This document shows, in pieces, positions 9,079 to 18,349 of a stretch of DNA of 64,000 bases (positions are counted from its first letter, which is position 1; each line of letters opens with the position of its first letter). This stretch comes from a virus. A program made the position numbers and the translations under genes. Below the pieces are notes generated by a model, which was given only the letters and a program-made list of their open reading frames with translations, was not told the origin of the DNA and searched no databases. The DNA lies in IMG/VR virus record IMGVR_UViG_3300043313_001352, positions 32,001-96,000 of that record. One strand, 5' to 3'.

Positions 9079-10416
9079 GTGAGTACCAAGAGCACCGCCG
9101 TGATGATGCAACTCGCCACGGCCGATGGGGATTCCAAGCAGCAGATGGTGGTCTTCGCCAACAAGGCGGTCTACCGCCGCAGCCTGACCGAGGGCACCCG
9201 CACCCGCTGGCGCTACGCCAGCGTGGGCGACCTGCCGACGTGGGTCGAGGGCTACGTGAACCTCACGCAGGCCGCGCCCACCCCGATGAGCATCAGCCAC
9301 GGCGCCACCCTGATGGAGGTCACCGAGGACGAGGCAACCGAGGCCGAGGGCGGCGCGTTCCCGAGGAACGTGGGGCTGCGCTACTCCCGCGTGATCGACG
9401 CGATGGACGCGGACCCGACCAGCAACGTCCCGACACCGGACGTGAAGCAGTACGTGCAGGACTGGCTGGACGCGCAGGGCCGCGACGACAACGCGTGGAT
9501 CGACACGCACGTGCACTCCGCAGGCACGTGCGTGATCAAGCCCGCCGCACCTGAGCCTGAGCCGGAGGAAGAGCCGGAGGTCACCGTGGCCACCACGACG
9601 GGCGGCTGGACCTACCCCGAGACCAAGGGCGGCTACATCACCCGCCCGAACGGGACCAAGTACAAGGTCCGCACGCTGGACGGCACGCCCGACGTGCAGG
9701 TGATCCGCGAGGCTCGCCCCGACCGCGAGCACGTGTTCCTCTACGGCGAGCCGGGGACCGGCAAGACGGCACTGGTCGACTCCGCATTCGGCACCGATCT
9801 GGTGACCATGCTGGGCACCGAGGACACCGAGGTCGCGGACTTCATCGGCGGCTACACCGTGCGCGGTGGCGGCTCCTACGGCTGGACGGACGGCGCGCTC
9901 ACCGAAGCCATGGAGCGCAAGGTCCCGCTGTTCATCGACGAGATTGGGGTGATCGCTCCCAAGGTGCTCACCACCGTGTTCTCGGTGATGGACGGCCGCG
10001 ACGAGATTCGGATCACCGCGAACCCCGACCGGGGCATCGTGACCGCTGGGCACGGCTTCTTCGTGCTGGCAGCCACGAACCCGCACGCTCCCGGCGTGCG
10101 GCTCTCCGAGGCGCTGCTCTCCCGGTTCGCGATCCACCTTGAGGTCGGCAGCGACTACTCCGTGTGCCGCGAGATGGGGGTGCCGGACGTGCTGGTCACC
10201 GCCGCCGAGAACTTGGACAAGCGCCGCGCCACCGGCGAGATTGGCTGGGCACCGCAGATGCGTGAACTGCTCCGCGCCAAGGCGCAGTGGACCAAGCGCG
10301 GCGACGCGTTCGCGATCCGCAACCTGATCAGCGGCGCACCCGAGGACGACCGCGAGGTCGTGGCCGAGGTCATGGCCCGCACCACCGGGAAGAAGTTGAC
10401 CGGGCTGGTCCTCTGA
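9079..10416 (+). CDS. MoxR/CbbQ-type AAA+ ATPase
   Basis: Walker A GEPGTGKT, Walker B LFIDE, AATNP sensor, ALLSRF arginine finger. Confidence 0.9.
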   Translation: MSTKSTAVMMQLATADGDSKQQMVVFANKAVYRRSLTEGTRTRWRYASVGDLPTWVEGYVNLTQAAPTPMSISHGATLMEVTEDEATEAEGGAFPRNVGLRYSRVIDAMDADPTSNVPTPDVKQYVQDWLDAQGRDDNAWIDTHVHSAGTCVIKPAAPEPEPEEEPEVTVATTTGGWTYPETKGGYITRPNGTKYKVRTLDGTPDVQVIREARPDREHVFLYGEPGTGKTALVDSAFGTDLVTMLGTEDTEVADFIGGYTVRGGGSYGWTDGALTEAMERKVPLFIDEIGVIAPKVLTTVFSVMDGRDEIRITANPDRGIVTAGHGFFVLAATNPHAPGVRLSEALLSRFAIHLEVGSDYSVCREMGVPDVLVTAAENLDKRRATGEIGWAPQMRELLRAKAQWTKRGDAFAIRNLISGAPEDDREVVAEVMARTTGKKLTGLVL

Positions 10417-10687
10417 GACTTCCGCCCCGCGTCGTTGCAGGCGCGGGGCGGGGGACCGTTCACAGTGAACGGCTCTGTAGTCGCTGGCGTCAGCTCGCAG
10501 TCGAGCTGGCGCCAGCGCAGCCAGGAACCGCACTGACGTTTACGCAGCCAGGCGCGCTGGACACGGCGCAGGCGTGGACAGGGCGAGGGTGCACCAGTTT
10601 GGTAATGACTGGCTCATGGTGTAAACTGAGGTTACGAGGTCAGGGTGACTCCCGGCCACACAGACAGAACGACGAAAGGACAGGGCC

Positions 10688-12523
10688 ATGGGCCACATCT
10701 TGTACGGCAAGGTCGAGAGCACTGTGAACAAGAGCGACGACGACTGGTACGGCGTCGCGGCGCAGGTCGGCAAGTTCACGAACAAGCGTGCGCACCGCAC
10801 CGATATCACCGCAGTCGTGTCCAGCACTGCTGGCATGGGCGCTCCCGCGTGCTTCATCCCCTCGCTCGCTGAGATGCACATCAACACCGAGGCCGCTCCC
10901 ATGGGTCCTCCCGACAAGGTCAATCTGGACGACCGCATGTGGATGCTCACCTACGCCCCGAGCGTGGGCGCGTGCACCCACGAAGCGGCACACGCCCGCC
11001 ACACGCACTGGGACCCCCGCGACCTGATGGAGAACTACGAGGCCACCCGCAAGATGGTCGACGTGATCACCACGCTGGAAGAGCCGCGCATCGAGGCACA
11101 GGCGCTGCGCTTCCACCCTGACTCGCGTCCCTTCCTGCGGGGCTGCGCGATGGAGATTGTCGGGCGCGACTTCGTGATCCCCGACTCCCGGTACGGCGCT
11201 GCCGCTGCTGCTGGTCTGCTGCTGGCGCGGGTCGATGCCAAGGTGCTCACGCGCCGCGAGGCGTCGACGTTCCGCCGCGATATCGCTGCGGTGCTGGGCG
11301 AGACGCTGGACGTGTTGGAGCCGCTGTGGCAGCGCTTCCTGATGCTGCACGACCACGACTACGCGGGCATGGTGGAGATTGCCGCCGCGTGGCTGGACGC
11401 GCTGGGCGAGGACCCCGAGGACGCCTCCGAGATGGTGGGCGAGTCGATGATGGGCGAGCCGCTTCCCGGCGACCCCGGCGAGGATGACGGCTCTGGCAAG
11501 GGCGAGGGCGGCGAGGGTGAGGGCGACGAGTCCAAGGGTGAGGCGTCCGGCTTCGGCGACAAGATCATGGGCAAGGTGCACATCACCGAGTCCAAGATGG
11601 ACAAGGAGGTCACCGAGGCTCGCGGCGAAGAGCGCGCCGAGCGTGCTCGCGCCGAGCGCCGCACCGACGCCGAGCGCCGCAAGGCTGCCGAGGGTCCGCA
11701 CGCCGAGGCGTTCGCGCACACCGGGCTGCACGGCTACACGCCGGACGGGTTCGCGCACTACGCGGGGTCACGCCCGCCGAGCGCCGACGAGCGCCGTGCG
11801 GCCAAGTCGCTGGCCCGGTCCTTGGAGAAGATCGACTACCGCGACCGTGCGGTGACCAAGGTCCGCAGCGTGGTGCCTCCCGGCCGTCTGGTCGGGCGGG
11901 CTGCGGTGCAGGCCGACGCGATGACCGAGCAGGGCCGGGACGCCTCCGGTGTCGAGGTCTGGTCCGGCAAGCGCCGCAAGCGCGTCGAGTCCACGCCGCT
12001 GACGATCGGGTTCCTCGGGGATATCTCGGGGTCGATGAACGCAGCCATGGAGCCGCTGGCATCGAGCCAGTGGGTCGTGAGCACCGCAGGCGCGCACGTG
12101 GATGCCAAGGTCGCCAGCGTGCACTTCGGTGATCAGGTGCACGGCATCACGCCCGCTGGCGTGCGGGAGAAGGACGTGCGCCTGTTCGCGCCGTACGACG
12201 GCAGCGAGGCGTTCAAGGACGCAGCGCTGGCGATCGACAAGGAACTGAACCTGCTGGACGGGCGGGGTGCTCGCATCCTGTTCATCGCCAGCGACGGGCA
12301 GTACGTGAACGGCACCGATATGGCCTACGCCGCGAAGTGGATTCCGTTGGCCAAGCGCAAGGGTGTTGCGGTGATCTACCTCAACTTCCTCGGGTCGATG
12401 AACCCGACCGGCGTGGCCGGGTCCAAGGTGATCGACTGCGTCCGCAAGTCTCCCGCCGAGGTCGCCGCGCTGTGCGGGAAGATCGCGATCGCGGAGGTCC
12501 GCAAGATCGACCAGCGGGTCTAG
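10688..12523 (+). CDS. VWA-domain partner protein with N-terminal HExxH (CobT-like architecture)
   Basis: HEAAH...LEE-x-RIE, acidic linker, MIDAS DISGSM, SDG; adjacent to the AAA+ gene. Confidence 0.85.
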   Translation: MGHILYGKVESTVNKSDDDWYGVAAQVGKFTNKRAHRTDITAVVSSTAGMGAPACFIPSLAEMHINTEAAPMGPPDKVNLDDRMWMLTYAPSVGACTHEAAHARHTHWDPRDLMENYEATRKMVDVITTLEEPRIEAQALRFHPDSRPFLRGCAMEIVGRDFVIPDSRYGAAAAAGLLLARVDAKVLTRREASTFRRDIAAVLGETLDVLEPLWQRFLMLHDHDYAGMVEIAAAWLDALGEDPEDASEMVGESMMGEPLPGDPGEDDGSGKGEGGEGEGDESKGEASGFGDKIMGKVHITESKMDKEVTEARGEERAERARAERRTDAERRKAAEGPHAEAFAHTGLHGYTPDGFAHYAGSRPPSADERRAAKSLARSLEKIDYRDRAVTKVRSVVPPGRLVGRAAVQADAMTEQGRDASGVEVWSGKRRKRVESTPLTIGFLGDISGSMNAAMEPLASSQWVVSTAGAHVDAKVASVHFGDQVHGITPAGVREKDVRLFAPYDGSEAFKDAALAIDKELNLLDGRGARILFIASDGQYVNGTDMAYAAKWIPLAKRKGVAVIYLNFLGSMNPTGVAGSKVIDCVRKSPAEVAALCGKIAIAEVRKIDQRV

Positions 12524-12654
12524 CCCGCACCCAAGCCGGGGTCCGGCTCACCGACTCGTCATCGGGCTGCGTGAGGTCGTTACGTCCTTTCGTCCCTCAC
12601 CGAGCCGGACCCCACCTAGCACGACAACGACACAACGACAGAACGGAGCACGGC

Positions 12655-12849
12655 ATGTTGAACACAACGATCAAGGACTGGCAGGTGGTCTGCGGGCTGC
12701 GTTGCCGGTGGGGCTTCCGAGCCGCTGACGGCACGGAGGTCTGGCGGCAGCGCGGCATCGCGCTGGCAGTGCTGCGCAAGGACACCACCGTGTTCCTGCT
12801 GCGGGTGCCCTACACGCTGCGCACCTACCCAGGGGTGGTGTGGTCATGA
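12655..12849 (+). CDS. hypothetical protein
   Basis: GGAG RBS; ATGA-coupled to next gene. Confidence 0.5.
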   Translation: MLNTTIKDWQVVCGLRCRWGFRAADGTEVWRQRGIALAVLRKDTTVFLLRVPYTLRTYPGVVWS

Positions 12850-13187
12850 GCACCCCTGACTTCCGCAACGAGGACCCGGTCTGGGTCCGGTACGCCGAGA
12901 TGACCAGCGGCGGGCACGACAAGTTCTACGAGCTGACCATCCACCTGCACGACGACGGCCTCTTCTACGTCCAGAAGCGGTGGGGCCGACGCCCCGACGC
13001 GGGCGGCGGGCAGATCAAGGTCGAGTACTACGCGAGCCTGGACTCCGCGCAGGGCATCGCGATCGGCATGCTCCGCGAGAAGTTGGCCAAGGGCTACCGC
13101 GAGGTCGAGCGCCCCTTCGGCGCCGGGCAGCGAGTCCGCCGTGAGCACGGGCCGGACTTCTACGCCGAGGGCACCGAGGCGTTCTAG
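12846..13187 (+). CDS. WGR-domain protein
   Basis: HDKFYEL...KRWGR...EKLAKGYREV. Confidence 0.85.
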   Translation: MSTPDFRNEDPVWVRYAEMTSGGHDKFYELTIHLHDDGLFYVQKRWGRRPDAGGGQIKVEYYASLDSAQGIAIGMLREKLAKGYREVERPFGAGQRVRREHGPDFYAEGTEAF

Positions 13188-13346
13188 CCGCATCAACCGG
13201 CCGCCGCCTGGCGGCCGGTTTCGGCAGTGACGTCTACTGACGTTTACGCAGCCTGGCGGCTACCTGGTGGGCTGGCCTGGTTTGCCTGCTGATCTAGATG
13301 GTGTAGACTGTTCTCAACAGCCCAACGACGACAAGGACACACTGAC

Positions 13347-13709
13347 ATGGCTACTGCTTACAGCCCGCCCGAGGGTTTCGAGCCCCCGCAGATCACGCTG
13401 GAGAACATGCGTGATGGCTCCTACGAGCGCGAGGAGGCTGCCTTCCTCGAACGGCTCGCCGACCGCGCCAAGATGAACGGCACCAGCCCGCTGCTGGGCG
13501 AGGTGGTCCGCTGGTCGCGTGCCGACGGCTACGCGCAGTACATGGTCTGGAACACCAAGCCGCTGCAACTGATCCACCTCAACCTCATCGACGGCTACTC
13601 GATCGAGCCCGCGCTGATCCGGGGCCTCCGGGTCGCCGACATCCGCGACATGGTCGAGAGCGCTGCCCGGCTGCGCGCGCTGTTCAGCCGGAAGCGGGAC
13701 GAGTCATGA
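13347..13709 (+). CDS. hypothetical early protein
   Basis: Follows promoter cassette. Confidence 0.75.
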   Translation: MATAYSPPEGFEPPQITLENMRDGSYEREEAAFLERLADRAKMNGTSPLLGEVVRWSRADGYAQYMVWNTKPLQLIHLNLIDGYSIEPALIRGLRVADIRDMVESAARLRALFSRKRDES

Positions 13710-13975
13710 GCACGATCTCCCGGACCATCTTCACCTTCGAGGTGCTGCACCGCACCGACCAGCCGTGCGTCGAACTGGACGAGGCGCTGGAGCGTGCCTC
13801 GGACGGCCACGCCGTCGGCATGGTCACCTCCGAGAAGACCGTCGAGGTCCCGGACACCGAGGTGCCCGAGACGCTGATCGACTTCGGCAGCGATGGCGAG
13901 TTCTTCGATGACGACCTGGGTGTCGGCACCGAGACCTACACCGTCGTCATCGACGAGAAGAACTGGGACAACTGA
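13706..13975 (+). CDS. hypothetical acidic protein
   Basis: ATGA coupling. Confidence 0.7.
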   Translation: MSTISRTIFTFEVLHRTDQPCVELDEALERASDGHAVGMVTSEKTVEVPDTEVPETLIDFGSDGEFFDDDLGVGTETYTVVIDEKNWDN

Positions 13976-14214
13976 TGGCCGAGCAGCAGTACACCCAAGA
14001 GCAGGTCAGCGCCGCGCTGAACAAGGCCGCCGACGACATCATCGAGGCCACCGAGGCGGAGGACGAAGGGCTGCGCGACGCGCTGAACCTGATGGTCAAC
14101 GCCGTCGGCTCCTACCTCTGGGACGGCGCTGAGGATCTGGGTGAGGTGGCGGTCAAGAACTACGACGCCGACCTCGACTCGATCGTCGGCTGGATCCAGC
14201 AGGGGACCCGATGA
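13975..14214 (+). CDS. hypothetical protein
   Basis: TGATG coupling. Confidence 0.7.
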   Translation: MAEQQYTQEQVSAALNKAADDIIEATEAEDEGLRDALNLMVNAVGSYLWDGAEDLGEVAVKNYDADLDSIVGWIQQGTR

Positions 14215-14483
14215 GCGAGGAGCCCCGCGATCGGGTCAAGAACCCCTCGATCAACTTCCCGCAGACGGCGGAGGAGGCGCAGCGCGCCATCGTCCAGCAG
14301 GTCCGCCGGATGCTGTTCGAGGAGCACAGCGCGGGCTACTCGCCGCTGACCAAGACCCGCACCGACGACGCTGGCTTCGGCACCGTCCGCAGGCCGCAGC
14401 AGACCAAGTGGCTCAACGACGCCGCCGACCTGATCGGGGCCGTCATCGGCGACAAGCTGGACGAGATCGAGGCGGTGATCTGA
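14211..14483 (+). CDS. hypothetical protein
   Basis: ATGA coupling. Confidence 0.7.
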   Translation: MSEEPRDRVKNPSINFPQTAEEAQRAIVQQVRRMLFEEHSAGYSPLTKTRTDDAGFGTVRRPQQTKWLNDAADLIGAVIGDKLDEIEAVI

Positions 14484-14794
14484 TGACCGACGTGAAGCAG
14501 TGGATCGTGATCGGCACCTCGATGATCATCGAGGACGAGCCGGACGCTGAAGCGGCCATCAACCGCGCCCAGGACATGAGCGGCTGGAACTGGGAGGCCA
14601 TCCCGGCGGTGGACCTGAACCCACTGGTGCACTACGCGAACGTGCTGGAGGCCGCCCAGGAGGCCCAGGACGCTGCGCTGGGCGACTCCAACGACACCGA
14701 GATCGAGTTGCTCCGGGACGCGCTGGAGATGGCGCTGAGCGCACTGCACCTCGAACTGCCCGAGCCCCGCGACCCGGACGACGAAGACGCGTAG
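14483..14794 (+). CDS. hypothetical acidic protein
   Basis: TGATG coupling. Confidence 0.7.
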   Translation: MTDVKQWIVIGTSMIIEDEPDAEAAINRAQDMSGWNWEAIPAVDLNPLVHYANVLEAAQEAQDAALGDSNDTEIELLRDALEMALSALHLELPEPRDPDDEDA

Positions 14795-14805
14795 GTTAGG
14801 TAACC

Positions 14806-15405
14806 ATGGACGGCATCCGGGACGGCTTCGGCGACGACCCCACCGTGGACGAGGTGCTCGCCGAGGAGGAGGAGTTCCTCGTCCGCAACGCCCGCAACGC
14901 GCTGGTCAAGAAACTGGGCCGGGGCTTCCCCGCCGGAGCCGATGAGGACGCTGTCCAGGAGGCCCGCATTGCGGCCTGGCAGTCCTGGGAGAAGAACCAC
15001 AACCGGGCCTACCTGAACATCGCCGCCCGGCAGCGGCTGATGCAGCACGTCTACCGCGACCAGTGGTTCGGCACCAAGCCGACGGCGCACGAGAAGGACC
15101 CGATCCGCCGGGCCAACCGGGACAGCTTCGATGACCCGGACAACGGCATTGACGTTCTGGTCAACTCGGCGACCTGGGTCGACCAGGTGCTGCTCGCCTA
15201 TCACCACGGCGAGATCCACCAGGCGCTGGACGCACTGACGTTTACGCAGCGCGAGTACGTGGTGCTGCGCTTCTGGGGCGGGATGTCGGACACCGAGATC
15301 GCTGCGCACCAGGGGAAGACACGGGGCGGAGTGTCTTCGGTGTGGCACAAGACCATCCGCCCGGCGCTCGCCTCTCAGTTGGAGTTGTTGAGCGACCTGT
15401 GCTAA
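14806..15405 (+). CDS. RNA polymerase sigma-70 (ECF-like) factor
   Basis: Region 2-like EDAVQEARIAAW; region 4-like ALDALT..QREYVVLRFWGGMSDTEIA...T-x-GGV. Confidence 0.8.
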   Translation: MDGIRDGFGDDPTVDEVLAEEEEFLVRNARNALVKKLGRGFPAGADEDAVQEARIAAWQSWEKNHNRAYLNIAARQRLMQHVYRDQWFGTKPTAHEKDPIRRANRDSFDDPDNGIDVLVNSATWVDQVLLAYHHGEIHQALDALTFTQREYVVLRFWGGMSDTEIAAHQGKTRGGVSSVWHKTIRPALASQLELLSDLC

Positions 15406-15446
15406 ACTGTTCCTAGGAACAGACCAACGACGAAGGACGAACTGAC

Positions 15447-15932
15447 ATGACTGATCTCCCCACCGGCTACCGCTGGGCCACCGCCGAAGAGACCGAGGCG
15501 CACGCCGTCACGGAGAACCCGATGATGGTCGTGGTGCCCCGCACCGTGGACTCCTCGGGTACGCCGTACACCGAGGGCGAGGCTGACCTCGCGCTGCCCA
15601 TCGACCTGCCCCGTGACGAGGACGGTTTCATCGAGACCTCCGCCGTGCACGGCGAGATGTGGATGGTGCACATCCAGTGGACCGAGGACCACGACGGCCG
15701 CGTGATCGACCCGGAGCACGAGGAGTACCCGGAGACCTTCCACGGACCGTTCTTCAGCCAGCAGGAGGCTGCTGACTGGTCCAACGCCTACCCGGAGTTC
15801 ACCGAGATCCACGACATGTACGTCAAGAACCTCAACCTGGTACGGCCCACCGGGCTGCCGACGATCACCGCGAAGACCGTGGCGTACGCCGACGGCATGT
15901 CCGCCGCCCGTGCCGACCTGGGGCTCCGATGA
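15447..15932 (+). CDS. hypothetical protein
   Basis: Follows promoter and leader. Confidence 0.75.
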   Translation: MTDLPTGYRWATAEETEAHAVTENPMMVVVPRTVDSSGTPYTEGEADLALPIDLPRDEDGFIETSAVHGEMWMVHIQWTEDHDGRVIDPEHEEYPETFHGPFFSQQEAADWSNAYPEFTEIHDMYVKNLNLVRPTGLPTITAKTVAYADGMSAARADLGLR

Positions 15933-16336
15933 GCACGCTGCCTGCCCTGGTCAAGGACGTCTCCGGCCAGTACTACGGCGGAGCGTTCTGGAACAGCGCC
16001 GACTACCGCGTCAAGATCGTGGCGCTCGACGGCACCGGGAAGAACTTCCGGATGACCGTGGAGACCGCCAGCGGCAGTGAGGTCGGCGAGTACGAGTTCG
16101 GCATGGCCGAGGTCGAGGGCATCGCCCGGATGGCCTCCACCGACCACGGGCTCGGCGCCTACCAGGACGACTGGACCATCCCGTTCGGGATGGGCCGGGT
16201 GCTGACCTGGGACCTGCCCACCATCGAGCACCACCTGGTCACCGTGGACGAGGACGTCGTCGAGGAGATCGCCGCGTGGCTGGAGTACGCCACCGGCGAG
16301 AAGGTCTGGGATGGCGGAGAGGACTGGGAGTACTGA
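15929..16336 (+). CDS. hypothetical protein
   Basis: ATGA coupling. Confidence 0.7.
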   Translation: MSTLPALVKDVSGQYYGGAFWNSADYRVKIVALDGTGKNFRMTVETASGSEVGEYEFGMAEVEGIARMASTDHGLGAYQDDWTIPFGMGRVLTWDLPTIEHHLVTVDEDVVEEIAAWLEYATGEKVWDGGEDWEY

Positions 16337-16569
16337 TGAGCACCTTCATCCGCAGCGCCGAGCACATCATGGCTTCAGTTGCTGACGCCATCGACGCCAT
16401 CGACGACGGCGACATCGACATCCACACGATCAGCCTGGTGCTCAACGGCCAGCACGGGGAGTTCGACCTCCGCATCGAGGCCACCGACGACGACATGGAA
16501 GACCGGCTGTGGACCGGCATCGCACACCGCGGTGGCGGCATCACCGATCTCGGGGAGGTGCTGGACTGA
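16336..16569 (+). CDS. hypothetical acidic protein
   Basis: TGATG coupling. Confidence 0.65.
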   Translation: MSTFIRSAEHIMASVADAIDAIDDGDIDIHTISLVLNGQHGEFDLRIEATDDDMEDRLWTGIAHRGGGITDLGEVLD

Positions 16570-16766
16570 TGGTGCTGCCACTGACGGTCACCGTGGTCGC
16601 CTGCCTGGCCATCATCGTGATGACCAGGCCGACGTTGCAACGCGACGTCGATGGCGTTGTTCAGCCACGCACCGTGGTCGTGCTCGCGAAGCTCTCGATG
16701 CTGGCCGCCATCATCGTCGGCGGCTGGTCGATCTTCGTGCTGATCGCCATCCAACTCACACCCTGA
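16569..16766 (+). CDS. small two-TM membrane protein
   Basis: TGATG coupling; two hydrophobic segments. Confidence 0.6.
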   Translation: MVLPLTVTVVACLAIIVMTRPTLQRDVDGVVQPRTVVVLAKLSMLAAIIVGGWSIFVLIAIQLTP

Positions 16767-16827
16767 CTGACAACAACCCTGTGGTACTCTGTTACCACGC
16801 AACGACGCAACGACAAGGAGAACTGAC

Positions 16828-17697
16828 ATGGCACGTGTGACCCACGTCCGCAAGGCGCAGCAGCGCTACGAGACCGTCCCCGTCATCGACGAGGCCACCG
16901 GGGAGCCCAAGCGCACCCAGGTGATGAAGAACGGCGAGCCCAAGATGACCCGCGCGAAGGCCGGTCGCCCCGCCCGCCCGGTCTTCATGACCGTCACGGT
17001 GCAGGACAAGACCAAGCCGCTGCCGCCGTACACCTGCGACTCGTGCCACCAGCCCATCGAGGTCGGCACGCCGTACAAGCACATCACCCCGAAGAGCGGT
17101 CCGTACGGCGGGCACAAGCGCACTCGGCACGAGTCCTGCCCGACCTGGCAGGTCTGGGAGTACAGCAACTCCTGGAGCGCTCGGATCGCCCAGGCCACGC
17201 ACGACTTCGACGTCAGCAACGCCGAGTCCACCGATGACGTTCAGAGCGCTCTCGACGACGTGGCGGCTGCCATCAAGGAGCTGGCCGAGGAGTCCCGTGA
17301 GACCGCTGGCAACATCGAGGACGGCTTCGGTCACCCGACGTCGCAGTCGGAGGAGGCCGAGCAGCGTGCCGACGACCTGGACGGCTGGGCCGACGAGATC
17401 AGCGGTGCCGACATCCCGGACCTCCCGGAGCCCGAGCCGCGGTGGTTCGTCACCAACGGCGACGGTGTCGCCTCGGACCTGTTCGAGGAGGACGGCTACG
17501 ACTCGGAGATGGACGCCGAGCAGGCGCTCGCCTCTCACCGTGACGACAACGACGAGGAGCCTGGCGAGGACGGCGAGTTCGACGACGGGTTCGAGATCGA
17601 GGAGATCACCCCGGACGAGCCCACCGAGGAGCAGCTGAACGACTGGCGTGACGAAGTCCTGGACGCTTGCTCGATCGTCGACGAGAGCCCCGTCTGA
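16828..17697 (+). CDS. hypothetical protein with Zn-finger and very acidic C-terminus
   Basis: CDSC...H..C; D/E-rich tail; AAGGAG RBS. Confidence 0.8.
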   Translation: MARVTHVRKAQQRYETVPVIDEATGEPKRTQVMKNGEPKMTRAKAGRPARPVFMTVTVQDKTKPLPPYTCDSCHQPIEVGTPYKHITPKSGPYGGHKRTRHESCPTWQVWEYSNSWSARIAQATHDFDVSNAESTDDVQSALDDVAAAIKELAEESRETAGNIEDGFGHPTSQSEEAEQRADDLDGWADEISGADIPDLPEPEPRWFVTNGDGVASDLFEEDGYDSEMDAEQALASHRDDNDEEPGEDGEFDDGFEIEEITPDEPTEEQLNDWRDEVLDACSIVDESPV

Positions 17698-17999
17698 TGG
17701 CCGCCGAGGAACTGACGACCTACCAGGTCGAGGTGCTCGTCGAGGTGAAGATGGCCGGTGACGAGAACGCCGCGTACACCGCGGTCGACGAGATCATGCA
17801 GCGTGCCTGGGACACCGATGACGGTCGCAAGTGGGTGCAGCCCAAGTGGCACTTCGAGATGCTGGAGGGCTGCGTCGGTCTGGCCGATGCGCTCCGAGAT
17901 GTCGTCGGCGATGCGTGTGAGTCGCACGCTGAGTTCGAGCCCGGCTGCTCCACCTGCGTGGCACTGAGCCTGCTCGCCACCCGTGAGGTGACGTCATGA
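17697..17999 (+). CDS. hypothetical protein
   Basis: TGATG coupling. Confidence 0.65.
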   Translation: MAAEELTTYQVEVLVEVKMAGDENAAYTAVDEIMQRAWDTDDGRKWVQPKWHFEMLEGCVGLADALRDVVGDACESHAEFEPGCSTCVALSLLATREVTS

Positions 18000-18349
18000 G
18001 GCAACTGGACCTCACCGTCTTCGAGCCCGGCGACACCGTCGGCACCCTGTCCCAGGACGGCCGGGTCTCACTGTGGACGGTCTCCCCTGAAGGCGGGCTG
18101 ACCCGTGCCGACAACCGGCTGTTCGGAAACGCCACTGGGTTCGACCTGGACACCCCCATCGAGCAGCTCAACCTCCAGGTGCGCACCTTCAACCTGCTCA
18201 AGCGCGAAGACGTCAACACGGTCGGCGACCTGCTGACGTTTACGCACGAGAAGGGCGACGAGGAGATGCTCGCGATCCGCAACATGAGCCAGAAGAACGT
18301 CGACGAGATCAGGAACTGGGCCACCAGGCTGAGGAGCGAACGACCGTGA
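17996..18349 (+). CDS. RNA polymerase alpha-CTD-like domain protein
   Basis: PIEQLNLQVRTFNLLKREDVNTVGDLL...LAIRNMSQKNVDEI follows the RpoA CTD pattern (PI..L.L.VR..N.LKRE...TVG.L...L.IRN.G.K...E). Confidence 0.85.
   Translation: MRQLDLTVFEPGDTVGTLSQDGRVSLWTVSPEGGLTRADNRLFGNATGFDLDTPIEQLNLQVRTFNLLKREDVNTVGDLLTFTHEKGDEEMLAIRNMSQKNVDEIRNWATRLRSERP

Noticed and set aside
8947-10533. Long antisense ORFs (528 aa here; also 30816..32585 and similar)
   Set aside because: Shadow frames of genuine high-GC genes on the opposite strand.
12538-12613. Hammerhead ribozyme on the minus strand (GACGAAA ... TGACGAGTC)
   Set aside because: Core would read AUGACGA rather than CUGANGA and stem I cannot form.
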